Assembly: GCA_964016885.1 (NCBI GenBank)
Contig: OZ024746.1
Coordinates: 77,748,001 to 77,812,000 of the forward strand
Direction of reading: 5' to 3'
Source: Eledone cirrhosa
Taxonomy: Eukaryota
Length of the DNA stretch: 64,000 nt
The notes under the pieces were generated by a model that did no database searches, was not told where the DNA came from, and saw only the letters and a list, made by a program, of their open reading frames with translations. Below are positions 1 through 12,240 of the stretch, piece after piece (positions within the stretch are counted from its first letter, which is position 1; every line of letters starts with the position of its first letter). Both the position numbers and the translations under genes were made by a program.

Positions 1-30
<30 letters not shown>

Positions 31-32
<2 letters not shown>

Positions 33-155
33 ATACAATAGATATGTGGTTCGAATGAGTCAGGAAAGAATCGCTGGACAGAATTTACGGGCAAAACCAA
101 CAGGTGGGAGACCCAGGGGTAGAATCCAAGCAAGATGGTTGGATAGCATCCATGA
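31..155 (+). mobile_element. RTE-clade LINE 3' coding fragment (Rex3/Expander-like)
   Basis: Translates YVVRMSQERIAGQNLRAKPTGGRPRGRIQARWLDSI, matching the RTE C-terminal motif GHVxRM...GxRPRGRPxxRWxD. Homologous to 57630-57740. Confidence 0.75.
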
Positions 156-163
156 TATATATA

Positions 164-771
164 TCTATATATATAAAAGCAAGTCGGTCTGTGTGTGTGT
201 GTCTGTCTGTCTGTCTGTCTGTGTACAAATACTAGGCTCCTTTTAACTTTTGAAGTACTCGGCTGATTTCAACCAAATTTGGCACACATGTTGCTTATAT
301 GCCAGAGCAGGTTTTGGACAAAAACAAATTTGAAAAAAATATTGGGGGCGAAAAATCGATTTTGTGTGTGTACAAATACTAAGCTCCTTTTAACTTTTGA
401 AGTACTAGGCCGATTTGCTTCAAGGAATGATATTTCTATGTCCAGTGGATGGTCAACGTGGTAGTGGCAGCGCCATCTTACACATAGGGTTTAGTCTACT
501 CAAGGACATACGGTGCGTCTATTCCATCTTTATCCCCTCACTCATACCTACTACAGCAAGGCCGGACCTGAAATCATTCACGTCAATTAACTCAAGCTAC
601 CCCATGAATTGTTTTTATGTTGCCGTTTATTTCACTGAATCATGTCACTGGACACCCATTTTGTTAAACTTTTTTTTACAATTACATTTCAATTCTTTGC
701 TCAACCTTTGGCTCTCTTTATACAGACAAACAGGCTGTCATTCAGTTCCCGAGCAACGCCGGGTACATCTA

Positions 772-772
<1 letters not shown>
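164..772 (+). mobile_element. Non-autonomous Helitron
   Basis: A|TC 5' start (TCTATATATATAAAAG), (GT)n/(GTCT)n near the 5' end, 3' hairpin CCCG-AGCAACGC-CGGG (748-763), then CTAG|T (769-772). Internal 40-bp duplication (about 220-259 and 368-407). Confidence 0.8.
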
Positions 773-831
<59 letters not shown>

Positions 832-834
832 ATG

Positions 835-997
835 TGTGTGGTTGGTGTTAGGAAGAGCATCGAGCCATAGAAAACTTGCCAGAAACAGTTCTATATGAGT
901 GAGGGTCACCCGACCAATCTTGCCTCAAGTAGGACAATCCTGCCTAACCCATGCTAGCATGGAAGATGGTCGGTAAACAATGATGATGATGACGACG
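835..997 (+). mobile_element. SINE-like element family B, 3' fragment
   Basis: GTGGTTGGTGTTAGGAAG...AACCCATGCTAGCATGGAAGATGG followed by a (GAT)n tail; homologous to other copies in the window. Confidence 0.7.
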
Positions 998-1048
<51 letters not shown>

Positions 1049-1052
1049 CATT

Positions 1053-1301
1053 GTAGGTGTCACGACAAAAAAAACACACAGCCACGCTGTAATGTGGCCG
1101 TGTAGGTAACACAGTAAAAACCTCCCAGTCCACACTGTAAACGTGGTTGGTGTTAGGAAGGGCATCCAGCTGTAGAAAACCCGCCAGACAGTCCTATACA
1201 AGCAAGACAACCAATCTTGCCTCAAGTGGGAAAATTCCCGTCCAAACCCATGCAAGCGTGGAAGATGGACGTTAAACGATGATGATGATGATGATGATGA
1301 T
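1053..1301 (+). mobile_element. SINE-like element family B
   Basis: Near-identical to 7797-8036 and 52191-52440; ends GGACGTTAAAC(GAT)n. Confidence 0.8.
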
Positions 1302-1312
1302 ACATATAGATA

Positions 1313-1383
1313 CAGGGTGTCCCAAAAAATGCATACACACTATTCTAATAAATATGCATATACATTTTTTTGGAGGGGACCTG
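1313..1383. mobile_element. Tiny Tc1/mariner-type MITE
   Basis: TA|CAGGGTGTCCCAAAAAATGCATA ... TATACATTTTTTTGGAGGGGACCTG|TA: imperfect TIRs with TA flanks. Confidence 0.65.
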
Positions 1384-1410
1384 TATGTGTGTGTATATAA
1401 ATTATATATA

Positions 1411-2426
1411 TCATCTATAAAAGGCAGATTGTTGTGTGTGTGTGTGTGTGTGTGCATGTTCCATGTTTATACATTTGCACAATTTCAAACCGATTCGACT
1501 CAAAGTCTGTAAGAATGTTGTAAATGGTCTAACTTAGGTCAACGACTATTTATTTCATTCAATCTCACCCACAATTACGGAAATAATCGATAAAACTAAA
1601 TACATGACACTTTACCCCTCTAATACAATCTGATAACCTCGCTCTACTCCCCTTAAAATTTGATAAAACTACATACATGCTTACAAACTTCCTTTAGGAA
1701 CACCGAAGAGAGAGAGAAGAGAGTGAGAGGGAGAGAGAGAACGTTTGTTTTTGAGTGTGGAACGGTCAAACATTTATTTACTTCAATGATAACGAGAACT
1801 TATTACATTTCATACAAAACAACAATTATTCAAAAGCAACAGATAAATTTATTCAACAACAAAAAAAATAGCGCTAAATCGTTTTTAAAACCTCTCAACG
1901 AACGTGGAAGAAAGAAGTGTCAGTTTATTTACTATACACAATAATATCCTCTATGAGGCCACTAAACCTGCTAGAAACACGCGCTAACTCCCCCCCATAT
2001 CACACCACTCCCTACTGTCTTAAATTTAGAAAACACTTATCCTCTATGAGGTCACTAAACCTGCTGGAAACAGCAGCTAACTCTCCCCCATACCACACCC
2101 CTCCCTACTGTCTTAAATTTAGAAAACACACATTAGACAACCATGCAAAACAACTCCATCGCAGCTCTGTTGTTCGGCTGGCATCGTCTACGCGTGTGTT
2201 GCGCAAGTACTGTGAAACAATAAATTTCAACACTTCTTTGCACAGAGATAATATCCATAGGCGAAACTACAATTGTCACTGCTGGCCCAGCTCCTGCTTC
2301 GGCAGTCCAGGTCTGCAATTCATTCACCCAGTGCCTGGCAGACAAAAAAGTGCTGCCATAAAATGGGTGGTGCAACCTAACTTTGGTAACTTACTGACCC
2401 CGAGCAACGCCGGGCTTTAATGCTAG
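1411..2426 (+). mobile_element. Non-autonomous Helitron, second copy or subfamily (5' end approximate)
   Basis: Same 3' hairpin CCCGAGCAACGCCGGG (2399-2414), then CTAG|T (2423-2426). Probable 5' start TC(A)TCTATAAAAGG followed by (GT)n. Internal ~93-bp tandem duplication at 1946-2128. Confidence 0.65.
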
Positions 2427-2840
2427 TATATATATAGTCACACTGCAGAAGAACATGACAGGCATTAACTCTTGATATCAACCTGGCCAAATCCTGCTCT
2501 GGTTTTATGAACCCCTCATCTTTTTAAGTGGTCATATCTAGCCTTTAGCTTGCTGAATTGTTTTATGAATTGCTTCCCTTGACACTGCATTATGTATTAA
2601 GGGGAGATTACTTTATTGGCGTCGTAAGGCGCCTAGTGTGTGCTGAAGAATAAATGAAAATCTTCCAACATAATTACATATAATGACCTTATATTAAGTT
2701 ACTTTCTTAGTAATTAATTAATTAATAATTTGAGTAAATCCATGACAATTCTTCATTAATTATTTGAAATAGATTGTATTTCATTAGAGATATGTTCACC
2801 AAAGGGTTAAGTGTCTATGTAATGTGTATATCTATATATA

Positions 2841-2938
2841 CAAGGTGTCCCAAAAATGTATACATACTTCAACAGCATTCTTATAAATATTGCCTGTACA
2901 GGTAATCAAAGTGTGTATACATTTTTTGGGAAACCCTG
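2841..2938. mobile_element. Tc1/mariner-type MITE, same family as 1313-1383
   Basis: CAAGGTGTCCCAAAAATGTATACA ... TGTATACATTTTTTGGGAAACCCTG inverted termini. Confidence 0.65.
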
Positions 2939-3259
2939 TGTGTGTGTGTGTGTGTGTGTACTTAGATTGCTTTTGTAGTTGCTTTCTCTTCTCTGACTAT
3001 TTGTTAGAATTTTCTAACATTGTTTAACCCTACCATTACTACGGAAGGAAAAGCATTGCTGTGGACAATGGTCAGCGACATCCGCTGCAACAGCCACCCC
3101 ACCTCACGGGGCTCCTTCCTTAGATAGGCCACTGATGTTCCAATCTTGCAGAGAAGCTCGGCAGTACAGGGTCCAAGTATGCCCGGCGTCTAGAAGGTGA
3201 CCAGTGCGAATAGCAAGAGGGCCGGTCAATCCCCGGTATTTGTTTAAATATGTATTTCT

Positions 3260-3602
3260 GGAGGCACATGGCTTAGTGGTTAAAGCATTGGCCTTGCAAT
3301 CGAAAGGTTGTGAGTTCAATTCTCAGACCGGGTGATGTGTTGTTTCCTTGAGCAAGACACTTTATTTCACATTGCTCCAGTTTACTCAGCTGTAGAAATG
3401 AGATGATAAGGACTGGGGTCCATAACATTCCACTGTAAAGTGGTCGTGGAGGTGCTACGGCAAAAAAGCACCCAGCACTCACTGTAAATGAGGTTGGTGT
3501 TAGGAAGGGCATCCAGCTGTAGAAATCAAGCCAGAGTCAGTTCCCGTCCCACCCTTGCAAGCAGGGAAAAGTGGACGTAAAATGATGATGAATGATGAAA
3601 TG
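3260..3602 (+). mobile_element. Full-length tRNA-headed SINE family A with 10-bp TSD
   Basis: A box TGGCTTAGTGG, B box GAGTTCAATTC, (ATG)n tail, flanked by direct repeat ATGTATTTCT (3250-3259 and 3603-3612). Three more near-identical copies in the window. Confidence 0.9.
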
Positions 3603-3624
3603 ATGTATTTCTCATATTGTGAAA

Positions 3625-3935
3625 GCGCTTGGCTTAGTGGTTAAGGTGTTCAGTTCATGATCATAAGGTCACAAGTTCATTTCTTTAAAGTGATTTGTGT
3701 CCTTGAGCAAGTCACTTTATTTCACATTGTTTCAATCGGTTCATCTGGCAATACCTCTAATTCAATGGGTCAGCCTGAATTTTTCTTTTCTGAGAACTAT
3801 ATTATGGGTGCATGTATCTGTGGAATGCTCAGCCACTTAGATGATAATATCCAAACCAAAGCAGGTTGTTCCTGTTCAAACAATTGTATTGGAGCACTGG
3901 TTGTCGTAAGCAAGGGTTGTCCAATAACAACAATA
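3625..3935 (+). mobile_element. Diverged tRNA-headed SINE family E
   Basis: TGGCTTAGTGGTTAAG head, CCTTGAGCAAG-CACTTTATTTCACATTG core, ATGCTCAGCCACTT body. Related copies at 37740-38050, 43340-43460 and 45160-45680. Confidence 0.6.
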
Positions 3936-5994
3936 TTGCTGCTATTGTAATATGTACACATTTTTTCGATAGACAAGAACTGTTATGACACTCAACTCTG
4001 TTTCTTATTACATACCATTATTACAAACACTTGAGATGAACGTACTAAAATGTACTTACTTGTGACTATTCAGAGGCTTTCTATTAACATACAATCAATG
4101 TAATAGCTATATTTCCATGGCTGAATAAACTGACCAGCATGGAAAATATAGCAACAACATCTCTCTTATTATATTTGTTGTGCTTGTTATTTTCAATACA
4201 TACAAGTTTGACATTTCTTTCTTTCTATGGCATGTATCTATGTTATTATTTCTTTTTTTTTTTTTTTCTTAGCTTTTCTTGTTTATCCGATTTTCTTTCT
4301 TTTTTATTTTTGTTTTGTTATAGTGTTTTTTTTTCTTTGTTCCTTTGTTCATTCCTTGAATATCATGGAAAAGCAAAATGATAGTTAGCTTGCTAGATTT
4401 CTTCACTCACCTCATTATTGTTATTATTGTTATTGTTGCTGTTATTATCGTTAGTGTTATCATTATTATTATTATTATTATTATTATAGTTGTTGTTATT
4501 GTTATTATTTGGCTTCTCTTCTTGCTTCACTATTCTCTAGTGCTAACAGCACTTTGTATCAATCTACATTTGCTATTCCCATTACTCTCATCCTTCAATT
4601 TCACACTGAACATCCATCCAGTCTTTTCATTCATCCCCCCCTCTCTCTCTCTCTCTCTCTCTCACTCTCACACACACACACACACACATACACACTACAC
4701 ACACATTGCACACTACCTTCTCTGCCATAGAAAATATCAGTTGTGTTCCTTCACTCAGTGTGTGTGTATGTAAATATATACATTATACACACGTTCGCAA
4801 ACATTCTTTTCTTTTTTCTTTTAGATGTGTGTGTGTGTGTGTGTACAAGAATTAGTAGAAGGTGTTTTGCTTAACTGTGTGTATGTGTGGATGTACACAC
4901 ATACTCCAAAATATAGTGGAGAGTGTTTGGCTAAGCTAAGTGTATATGCATGCACATACACAAAGATTTAGTAGTGAGTGTGATGGAGTTCGGAAATTAT
5001 TCTTGCCCTTGTGAATTGGAAAGATCTGTGCTTTGTCTAGCCCTGTTGATTGATTACTGTTGCTCGCAGATATGATAATAAATATGTCCCTAGGCAGTAA
5101 AATAATTGTACAACTGTCATTGCTCAGACATGGTATATATTCATCCCAAGTCCATCTCTCATCCCACCATGAAACCTGTTAGATTCTTCTGCTGTTGAGA
5201 ATTTCTGTCTGCTTCATTCACTTAAGAGAAGACAGGAGAAGTCTTTGGTTAGTTTGATGTAATAGCCACACAGCTTTCGCTTCTTTTTTTTTTTTTTTCC
5301 GTATATCTAATGAATTCCTTTGATTTCAACCAGCATAGTCAAATGCTGATGATTCCAACCAGTGAAGTTGATAGCTGAGTAGATAAGATATTTGTCCCTT
5401 GGCTGTTGCATCATAAAATTTGCAGCCGTATTACTAGTGTTGCATTGTAACCTGGGCAAATACATTTAACAACACCCACCCCTACTTACCCTCTGCTTGA
5501 AAAGGTCATAATTGGAAGAGAATATATATATATATTTATATATATAGTTTTGACTGGATTGGTATCCCTTTGATACCAATCCAGTCAAAACTGGTTCTGG
5601 TTCTATGAAACAAAATCAGTCATTTTAAAGGATTCCTACTTGAATCATCATCATCGTTGTTGCCATCGTTTAGCATCTGTTTTTTCTGCTAGCAAAGTAC
5701 TAACCACAGGCTGGTTAGTACTTAAGTGAAGCTACTGACCTCCAAGAGGGCCGGGGACATGACATACAATCTTGTGCTCTACCAAGTGCATTTTATTGTG
5801 GTACCAGTACTGGAGAAGTTTTATGTCCTTGACACAACTGAAGAGTCTTCCCAAATCTTTCTTTGGCAGGTTTGCTATGGCGGATGCACTTAGATCACCA
5901 ACCACTTTACAGAGTGTACTGGGTGTGTTTGTGTAGATCACCAACACTGGGGAGGTTGTCACGTCTATAGCACAACTTTTCCAACATTATTTTC

Positions 5995-6182
5995 GGTGAA
6001 TTGGTAGTATCGGTAGAGGGTTGGACACCATGCTTTCCAGCATAGTTCCGCCCCTTTATGGTCTGAGTTCAAATCCCGCCGAGGTTAACTTTGCCTTTCA
6101 TCCTTACGGGGTCGATAAAATAAAGCACCAGTAATGCACTGGGTGATTGCTGGCCTTGTGCCAAAAGTAGAAACAATTATTT
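5995..6182 (+). mobile_element. tRNA-headed SINE family C (Meta-domain-like core)
   Basis: B box GAGTTCAAATCC, core TTTGCCTTTCATCCTTACGGGGTCGATAAAATAAAG(C/T)ACCAGT, (ATT)n tail; near-identical to 31043-31235. The Meta-domain label is from memory and unverified. Confidence 0.8.
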
Positions 6183-6184
6183 CC

Positions 6185-6560
6185 ATGAACAGGATTAACA
6201 TGTGCAGCCGGGTTGGAAGTGGTATCATGACTGGTGGGTGTAAAATCAGTTGACTGGAATTTGCAGACAACATGGTGTTACTTAACATGACAGAAGGTGA
6301 TCTCCGAGTTGCACTCGATAGATTTGCTGCCGAGTGCTTCAAGGCTGGAATGAAAATCAGTTATGCAAAAACTGAGACACTCGTCTTCTCAAGGAAGCCT
6401 GTGCAGTGCACTCTACATGTAAATGGATTCAACTGAAGCAGATAGAGAAGTTCAAATATCCCAGGGCTGTGTTCACAAGTGATAAAAGGCAGGTGGATGA
6501 ATTAAGTGCAAGAATTGCAGGAGCTGGTGCAGTAATGCGCCAGCTTCAGCACTCAGTATT
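6185..6560 (+). pseudogene. RTE LINE reverse-transcriptase fragment
   Basis: LEFADNMVLL..EGDLRVALDRFAAECFKAGMKISYAKTETLVFSRKP...QIEKFKY: FADD catalytic motif (mutated to FADN) and downstream RT motifs, with a stop and a frameshift. Confidence 0.85.
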
Positions 6561-6825
6561 CATGCTAACCCTTACCTTTGCCTTTCATCCTTACGGGGTC
6601 GATAAAATAAAGTACCAGTAATGTACTGGGTAATTTGCTGGCCTGGTGCCAAAAGTAGAAACAATTATTTTATGTCAGAACCTGACCACTACAATTTGCA
6701 CAAATCCAAAAGACACATTGTCATCTCTCTACTTGAATTATGTTCTCTCTGTTATGTCCTTTTCCCTTCTCAGTAACCCCTTGCATTTTAGTGGCTTTAT
6801 TGCCTTGCTTGGAGTCGGGGAATAT

Positions 6826-7110
6826 ATCATCATCATCATCATCATCATCACCATTTTACGTCCATTCTTCCACGCTAGCATGGGTTAGACAGTCCTGTCG
6901 TTGGCAGTGCCTGGTCACCTGACCTTGTCTTGCTCATACGGGAACTGATTCTGGCTTGATTTCTGCAGCTGGATGCCCTTCCTAACACCAACCTCATTTA
7001 TAGTGAGTGCTGGGTACTTTTTTTTTTCCATGGCGCCTACACGACCACTTTACAGTGTCGGCTGGGTGCTTTTTTGCCTAGGTACCTCTACGACCACTTT
7101 GCAGTGGGAA
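6826..7110 (-). mobile_element. SINE 3' half combining family A and family B segments
   Basis: (CAT)n, then a B-type tail (CCACGCTAGCATGGG), then the A-type body GGATGCCCTTCCTAACACCAACCTCATTTA. Confidence 0.65.
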
Positions 7111-7194
7111 GGGATGGGGGCATATTATCTATATGCTTCGGCTTCGGTTTGTACCCGTGGGAAGTCGGGTCTTCTGTATTATATATATATAATA

Positions 7195-7645
7195 CAGGAG
7201 TCTTCTCAGTGTGTAGGAAAGGAGTAAGCAGAAATTCCATTTTATGTCCCAAATGCAAAGTATGGGTGCATAAAAGAATGTAGATTTTATATGTGGCCGG
7301 TGCTCAGGTGCAATAAATGGCGAGCACCCACAGGATACTTCTATTGCCCAGATGGCTCTACAGAAATAGTGGACACCTTCCATTACCTGGGTGACAAAAT
7401 CAGCAGTGTTTACTCGAGAGAAGACTACGTTGGTATGGTCATGTGATGCGCATGAAAGACGACAGCTGTATAAAAAAGTGCAGGGCAATAAAGATAGACG
7501 GTAGCCACGGAGTAGGCAGACCCAGAAAAACCTGGGACGATTTCATAAATTCCGACCTTACACATGTACACCTCTCTAAGACAATGTCACTGGACCGAGA
7601 TCTTTGGCGCTACGTAGTAATACAGAAAACCCGCCTTGCCTAAGT
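7195..7645 (+). pseudogene. Internally deleted RTE LINE remnant
   Basis: VCRKGVSRNSILCPKCKVWVHKR (Cys-rich insert), IVDTFHYLGDKIS, and LRWYGHVMRMKDDSCIKKC...GVGRPRKTWDD...DRDLWR (RTE C-terminus). Confidence 0.8.
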
Positions 7646-7699
7646 ACAAAGCGAAACCTACAGTCAGTAGGCACCCCTTAATCAAATATACACCCCGCT

Positions 7700-8036
7700 C
7701 CCACTATCTCAACTCCCCCACCCCCACCAACACCACCCCTTTCTCTGTAAAGTTATGTTGGTACCACAACATCCAGTCTTAAATAAATGAGGTCGTGTAG
7801 GTGTCACGACAAAAAAAAAACACACAGTCCACGCTGTAATGTGGCCGTGTAGGTAACACGGTAAAAACCACCCAGTCCACACTGTAAACGTGGTTGGTGT
7901 TAGGAAGGGCATCCAGCCGTAGGAAACCTGCCAGACAGTCCTATACGAGCAAGACAACCAATCTTGCCTCAAGTGGGACAATTGCCGTCTAAACCCATGC
8001 TAGCGTGGAAGACAGACGTTAAACGATGATGATGAT
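7700..8036 (+). mobile_element. SINE-like element family B, long copy
   Basis: Colinear with 52095-52440; (GAT)n tail. Confidence 0.8.
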
Positions 8037-8041
8037 ATATA

Positions 8042-8075
<34 letters not shown>

Positions 8076-8783
8076 TGCTGATGCATATAGCTGAAAGATA
8101 CGTACATCCTCACAAAATCTGATAAACTGGAGCATTGAAACAAAAATACCTCTCAGTATTTATTCTATTTGAGTACACCCCGTACCCTCTGTAAAAATGA
8201 CAGGTATTAGGAAGGGCATCCAACTGTAGATATCCTACCCAAAATAGGATGTATGAGCAAGGCATGGTTTCTATCCCTCTCTTCGACTTAAGTGATCATG
8301 TAGAAAGGAGGAGGATGATGATGATGATGATGATGATGATAAGAACAACATAATGATTATGATGATAAATAACATACCTATAATATTTTAACTAATCCAT
8401 ACACCTACCTACCTACCGGTCATGCATCTCGTTTTCAATCTGTCAGGTGAAACCTAATTAGTTTTCTAAGTAGTTGTCAGATGTTTAAAAATGGCTCCGA
8501 TGGCAGGAAGTATATAGTATGTCACTTGTTTCCTGGCCAGGACTGGAGTAGTGTCGTCTTGTAAAATCCTCTGCTCTTCTCACTGGCCATTTCTGTTGTT
8601 GTTGTTGTTGTTGTTGTTGCAGTAATGGTGGGGTTTCTTCTCCTCCTCCTCCTCCTTGAGATTATTATGTTATTTGTTCATGTCTTTGTTGAAGTTGTTA
8701 GAAATCTCACTCTTATGTTAATGTGTGATTGTGAAGGTGAGAGTGAATTTCTGCAAATGCTCATGGTCACATATGAGTGTGCG

Positions 8784-8848
<65 letters not shown>

Positions 8849-8994
8849 GTAGATGTAATGATGTATTTGAACATCTGTTAGTTAAGGTCAAGTGTGCTAA
8901 TGTATATATATATATATATAGGTTGTCTACATTTGGGAGGAAGGGAATAATTTCTGCTCATGTTTGTGTGTGTGTCAATATCCCAAACGTGTTC

Positions 8995-9293
8995 ACCCTT
9001 TAGTTACCTCATTTCTAATGAAAGACATTTCCTATAATGTTTAATAATTTTGAAAATAATCAAATGTTTGGGGTATTTTAAAAAACACAGACTTTCTCAT
9101 TATTAAACTGGTATTTGGAACATAACTTAACAAAGGTTCTTATATAGAATTATGAAGGAAGGCTTTTTGATATCCCTTTCCCACTGAGAGAAACAGATTA
9201 AATGATGATGAGTATGATGCCCACTTTAAAATAAACAGTTTTGTATCATAGTAGCAAGGGTGCTTTCAGATAGTTTGGTATCAAGATGGTTAA
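8995..9293. mobile_element. Degraded piggyBac-like MITE (family also at about 17310-17543 and 31949-32430)
   Basis: CCCTTT(A/C)GTTACC...TTTGGTATC...GGTTAA termini and shared internal sequence among three copies. Confidence 0.5.
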
Positions 9294-9351
9294 ATTACAC
9301 ATAGCTTCCATTCATACTCCTTCAAGACTTCGCGTTACAAATGATTGTAGC

Positions 9352-10816
9352 CATTTACCTTTCGGTGTGTGGTCTACCTGGTCATTTACAGTTCAATGTG
9401 TGGTCTACCTGGTTATTTACAGTCCAGTGTGTGGTCTACCTGGTCATTTACAGTCCAGTGTGTGGTCTACCTGGTCATTTACAGTTCAGTGTGTGGTCTA
9501 CCTGGTCATTTACAGTTCAGTGTGTGGTCTACCTGGTCATTTACAGTCCAGTGTGTGGTCTACCTGGTTATTTACAGTTCAGTGTGTGGTCTACCTGGTC
9601 ATTTACAGTCCAGTGTGTGGTCTACCTGGTTATTTACAGTCCAGTATGTGGTCTACCTGGTCATTTACAGTTCATTGTGTGGTTTACCTGGTCATTTACA
9701 GTCCAGTGTGTGGTCTACCTGGTCATTTACAGTTCAGTGTGTGGTCTACCTGGTCATTTACAGTCCAGTGTGTGGTCTACCTGGTTATTTACAGTCCAGT
9801 GTGTGGTCTACCTGGTCATTTACAGTCCAGTGTGTGGTCTACCTGGTCATTTACAGTTCAGTGTGTGGTCTACCTGGTCATTTACAGTTCAGTGTGTGGT
9901 CTACCTGGTCATTTACAGTCCAGTGTGTGGTCTACCTGGTCATTTACAGTTCAGTGTGTGGTCTACCTGGTCATTTACAGTTCAGTGTGTGGTCTACCTG
10001 GTCATTTACAGTCCAGTGTGCAGTCTGCCTGGTCATTTACAGTCTAATGTACAGTCTACCTGGTCATTTACCCTCTAATGTACAGTCTACCTGGTCATTT
10101 ACAGTCTAATGTACAGTCTACCTGGTCATTTACAGTCTAATGTACAGTCTACCTGGTCATTTACAGTCTAATGTACAGTTTACCTGGTCATTTACAGTCC
10201 AGTGTGCAGTCTGCCTGGTCATTTACAGTCTAATGTACAGTCTACCTGGTCATTTACCCTCTAATGTACAGTCTACCTGGTCATTTACAGTCTAATGTAC
10301 AGTCTACCTGGTCATTTACAATCTAATGTACAGTCTACCTGGTCATTTACAGTCTAATGTACAGTCTACCTGGTCATTTACAGTCTAATGTACAGTCTAC
10401 CTGGTCATTTACAGTCTAATGTACAGTCTACCTGGTCATTTACAGTCTAATGTACAGTCTACCTGGTCATTTACAGTCTAATGTACAGTCTACCTGGTCA
10501 TTTACAGTCTAATGTACAGTCTACCTGGTCATTTACAGTCTAATGTACAGTCTATCTGGTCATTTACAGTCTAATTTACAGTCTCCCTTGTTATTTACAG
10601 TCTAATGTACAGTCTACCTGGTCATTTACAGTTCAGTGTACAGTTTACCTGGTCATTTACAGTCTAATTTACAGTCTCCCTGGTTATTTACAGTCTCCCT
10701 GGTTATTTACCCTCTAATGTACAGTCTCCCTGGTTATTTACCCTCTAATGTACAGTCTCCCTGGTTATTTACCCTCTAATGTACAGTCTACCTGGTCATT
10801 TACAGTTCAGTGTACA
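9352..10816. repeat. 31-bp minisatellite, about 47 units
   Basis: Unit TGGTCATTTACAGTCCAGTGTGTGGTCTACC (period 31, e.g. 9371 to 9402); the unit variant changes to ...CAGTCTAATGTACAGTCTACC after about 10020. Confidence 0.95.
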
Positions 10817-11190
10817 AGTCGTTACACAGTGTACACAGAAACTGTAGTAGATCCCCAGTAAAGTAGCACCCATTACACTCAATATCTGTACCCAAGGTTT
10901 CCTACTTAAATTGAAAGGAACACATTATTTTCTTCCTTTTTTCTTTTTATTTTTTCCACACTTTTTTGTTTTATTTTTCATTTCATATATTTTTCATTTG
11001 TTTGTTTATTTATTTATTCATTCATTCATTCAATTTCTGATAAGAAATTTCCTCTGTTTATTAAACATGGCGAAGACTATCATTAAGCAATTTATTTTGA
11101 ACTTGAGCAAAAAAGAATGTTTCAAGTGTGCGTGTGTGTGTGCCGATGTATATGTGCATATATACGTGTGTGTGTGTGTGTGTGTGTGTC

Positions 11191-11240
<50 letters not shown>

Positions 11241-11585
11241 GTACATATATATAATGTGCATACGTATACATGTATATATGTGTGTGTGTGTGTCTGTGTA
11301 CATGAACATATAATTTGCATTCCCTTCAATAAATATTTATAACTATTTCCAATTCTCTAGACAAGGAACACCCTATGAATTATTATTCATCGTTGCACAT
11401 GCCTTATTTTGCATGTTCCTGTCAGTATATTCGCAGTCTTAACTCTTTCTAAAATGATAAAAATTTTCCCCTCATCTTTATTTATCTGTCTATTGATTTG
11501 TGTGTGTGTGTGTGTGTGTGTGTTTTGTTTAAAAATCTTGAGGAATATATATATATATACATATGTGTGTGTCTGTGTATATATG

Positions 11586-11589
<4 letters not shown>

Positions 11590-11633
<44 letters not shown>

Positions 11634-11746
11634 TATATCTACATACACACATACACACATATATATCTATCTACAGACATGCACATATGTACATATACAC
11701 ATACACACACACACACATATATGTATACATACACACACACATCTAT

Positions 11747-11779
<33 letters not shown>

Positions 11780-11970
11780 TCTATCTACAGACATGCACAT
11801 ATGTACATATACACATACACACACACACATATATGTATACATACACACACATCTATACATACACACACACATACACACACACACACACATCTATCTACAG
11901 ACATGCACATATGTACATATACACATACACACACACACACACATATATGTATACATACACACACATCTAT

Positions 11971-12003
<33 letters not shown>

Positions 12004-12088
12004 TCTATCTACAGACATGCACATATGTACATATACACATACACACACACACATATATGTATACATACACACACATCTATACATACAC

Positions 12089-12129
<41 letters not shown>

Positions 12130-12186
12130 CATACACATATATATACACACACACACACATATATATACACACACACACACATACAT

Positions 12187-12221
<35 letters not shown>

Positions 12222-12240
12222 CATACATATACACACACAC
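11590..12240. repeat. Compound (CA)/(TA) repeat with a ~115-120 bp higher-order unit
   Basis: CTATCTACAGACATGCACATATGTACATATACAC recurs four times. Confidence 0.85.

Noticed and set aside
2643-2670. CTGAAGA...GAAA hammerhead-like core
   Set aside because: No convincing stem I or stem III pairing.
3260-3335. tRNA gene
   Set aside because: A/B boxes are present but there is no proper acceptor stem. It continues into a SINE body and tail with a TSD, so it is a SINE head.
5242-5270. miR-9-like start TCTTTGGTTA (also partial miR-8-like and miR-92-like strings at about 36577 and 8518)
   Set aside because: The match ends after about 10 nt or has seed mismatches, and there is no precursor hairpin.
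9286-10109. Three overlapping ~250-aa ORFs and a CRISPR-like appearance
   Set aside because: Translation of a stop-free 31-bp tandem unit. The repeats are contiguous with no spacers, there are no cas genes, and the context is eukaryotic.
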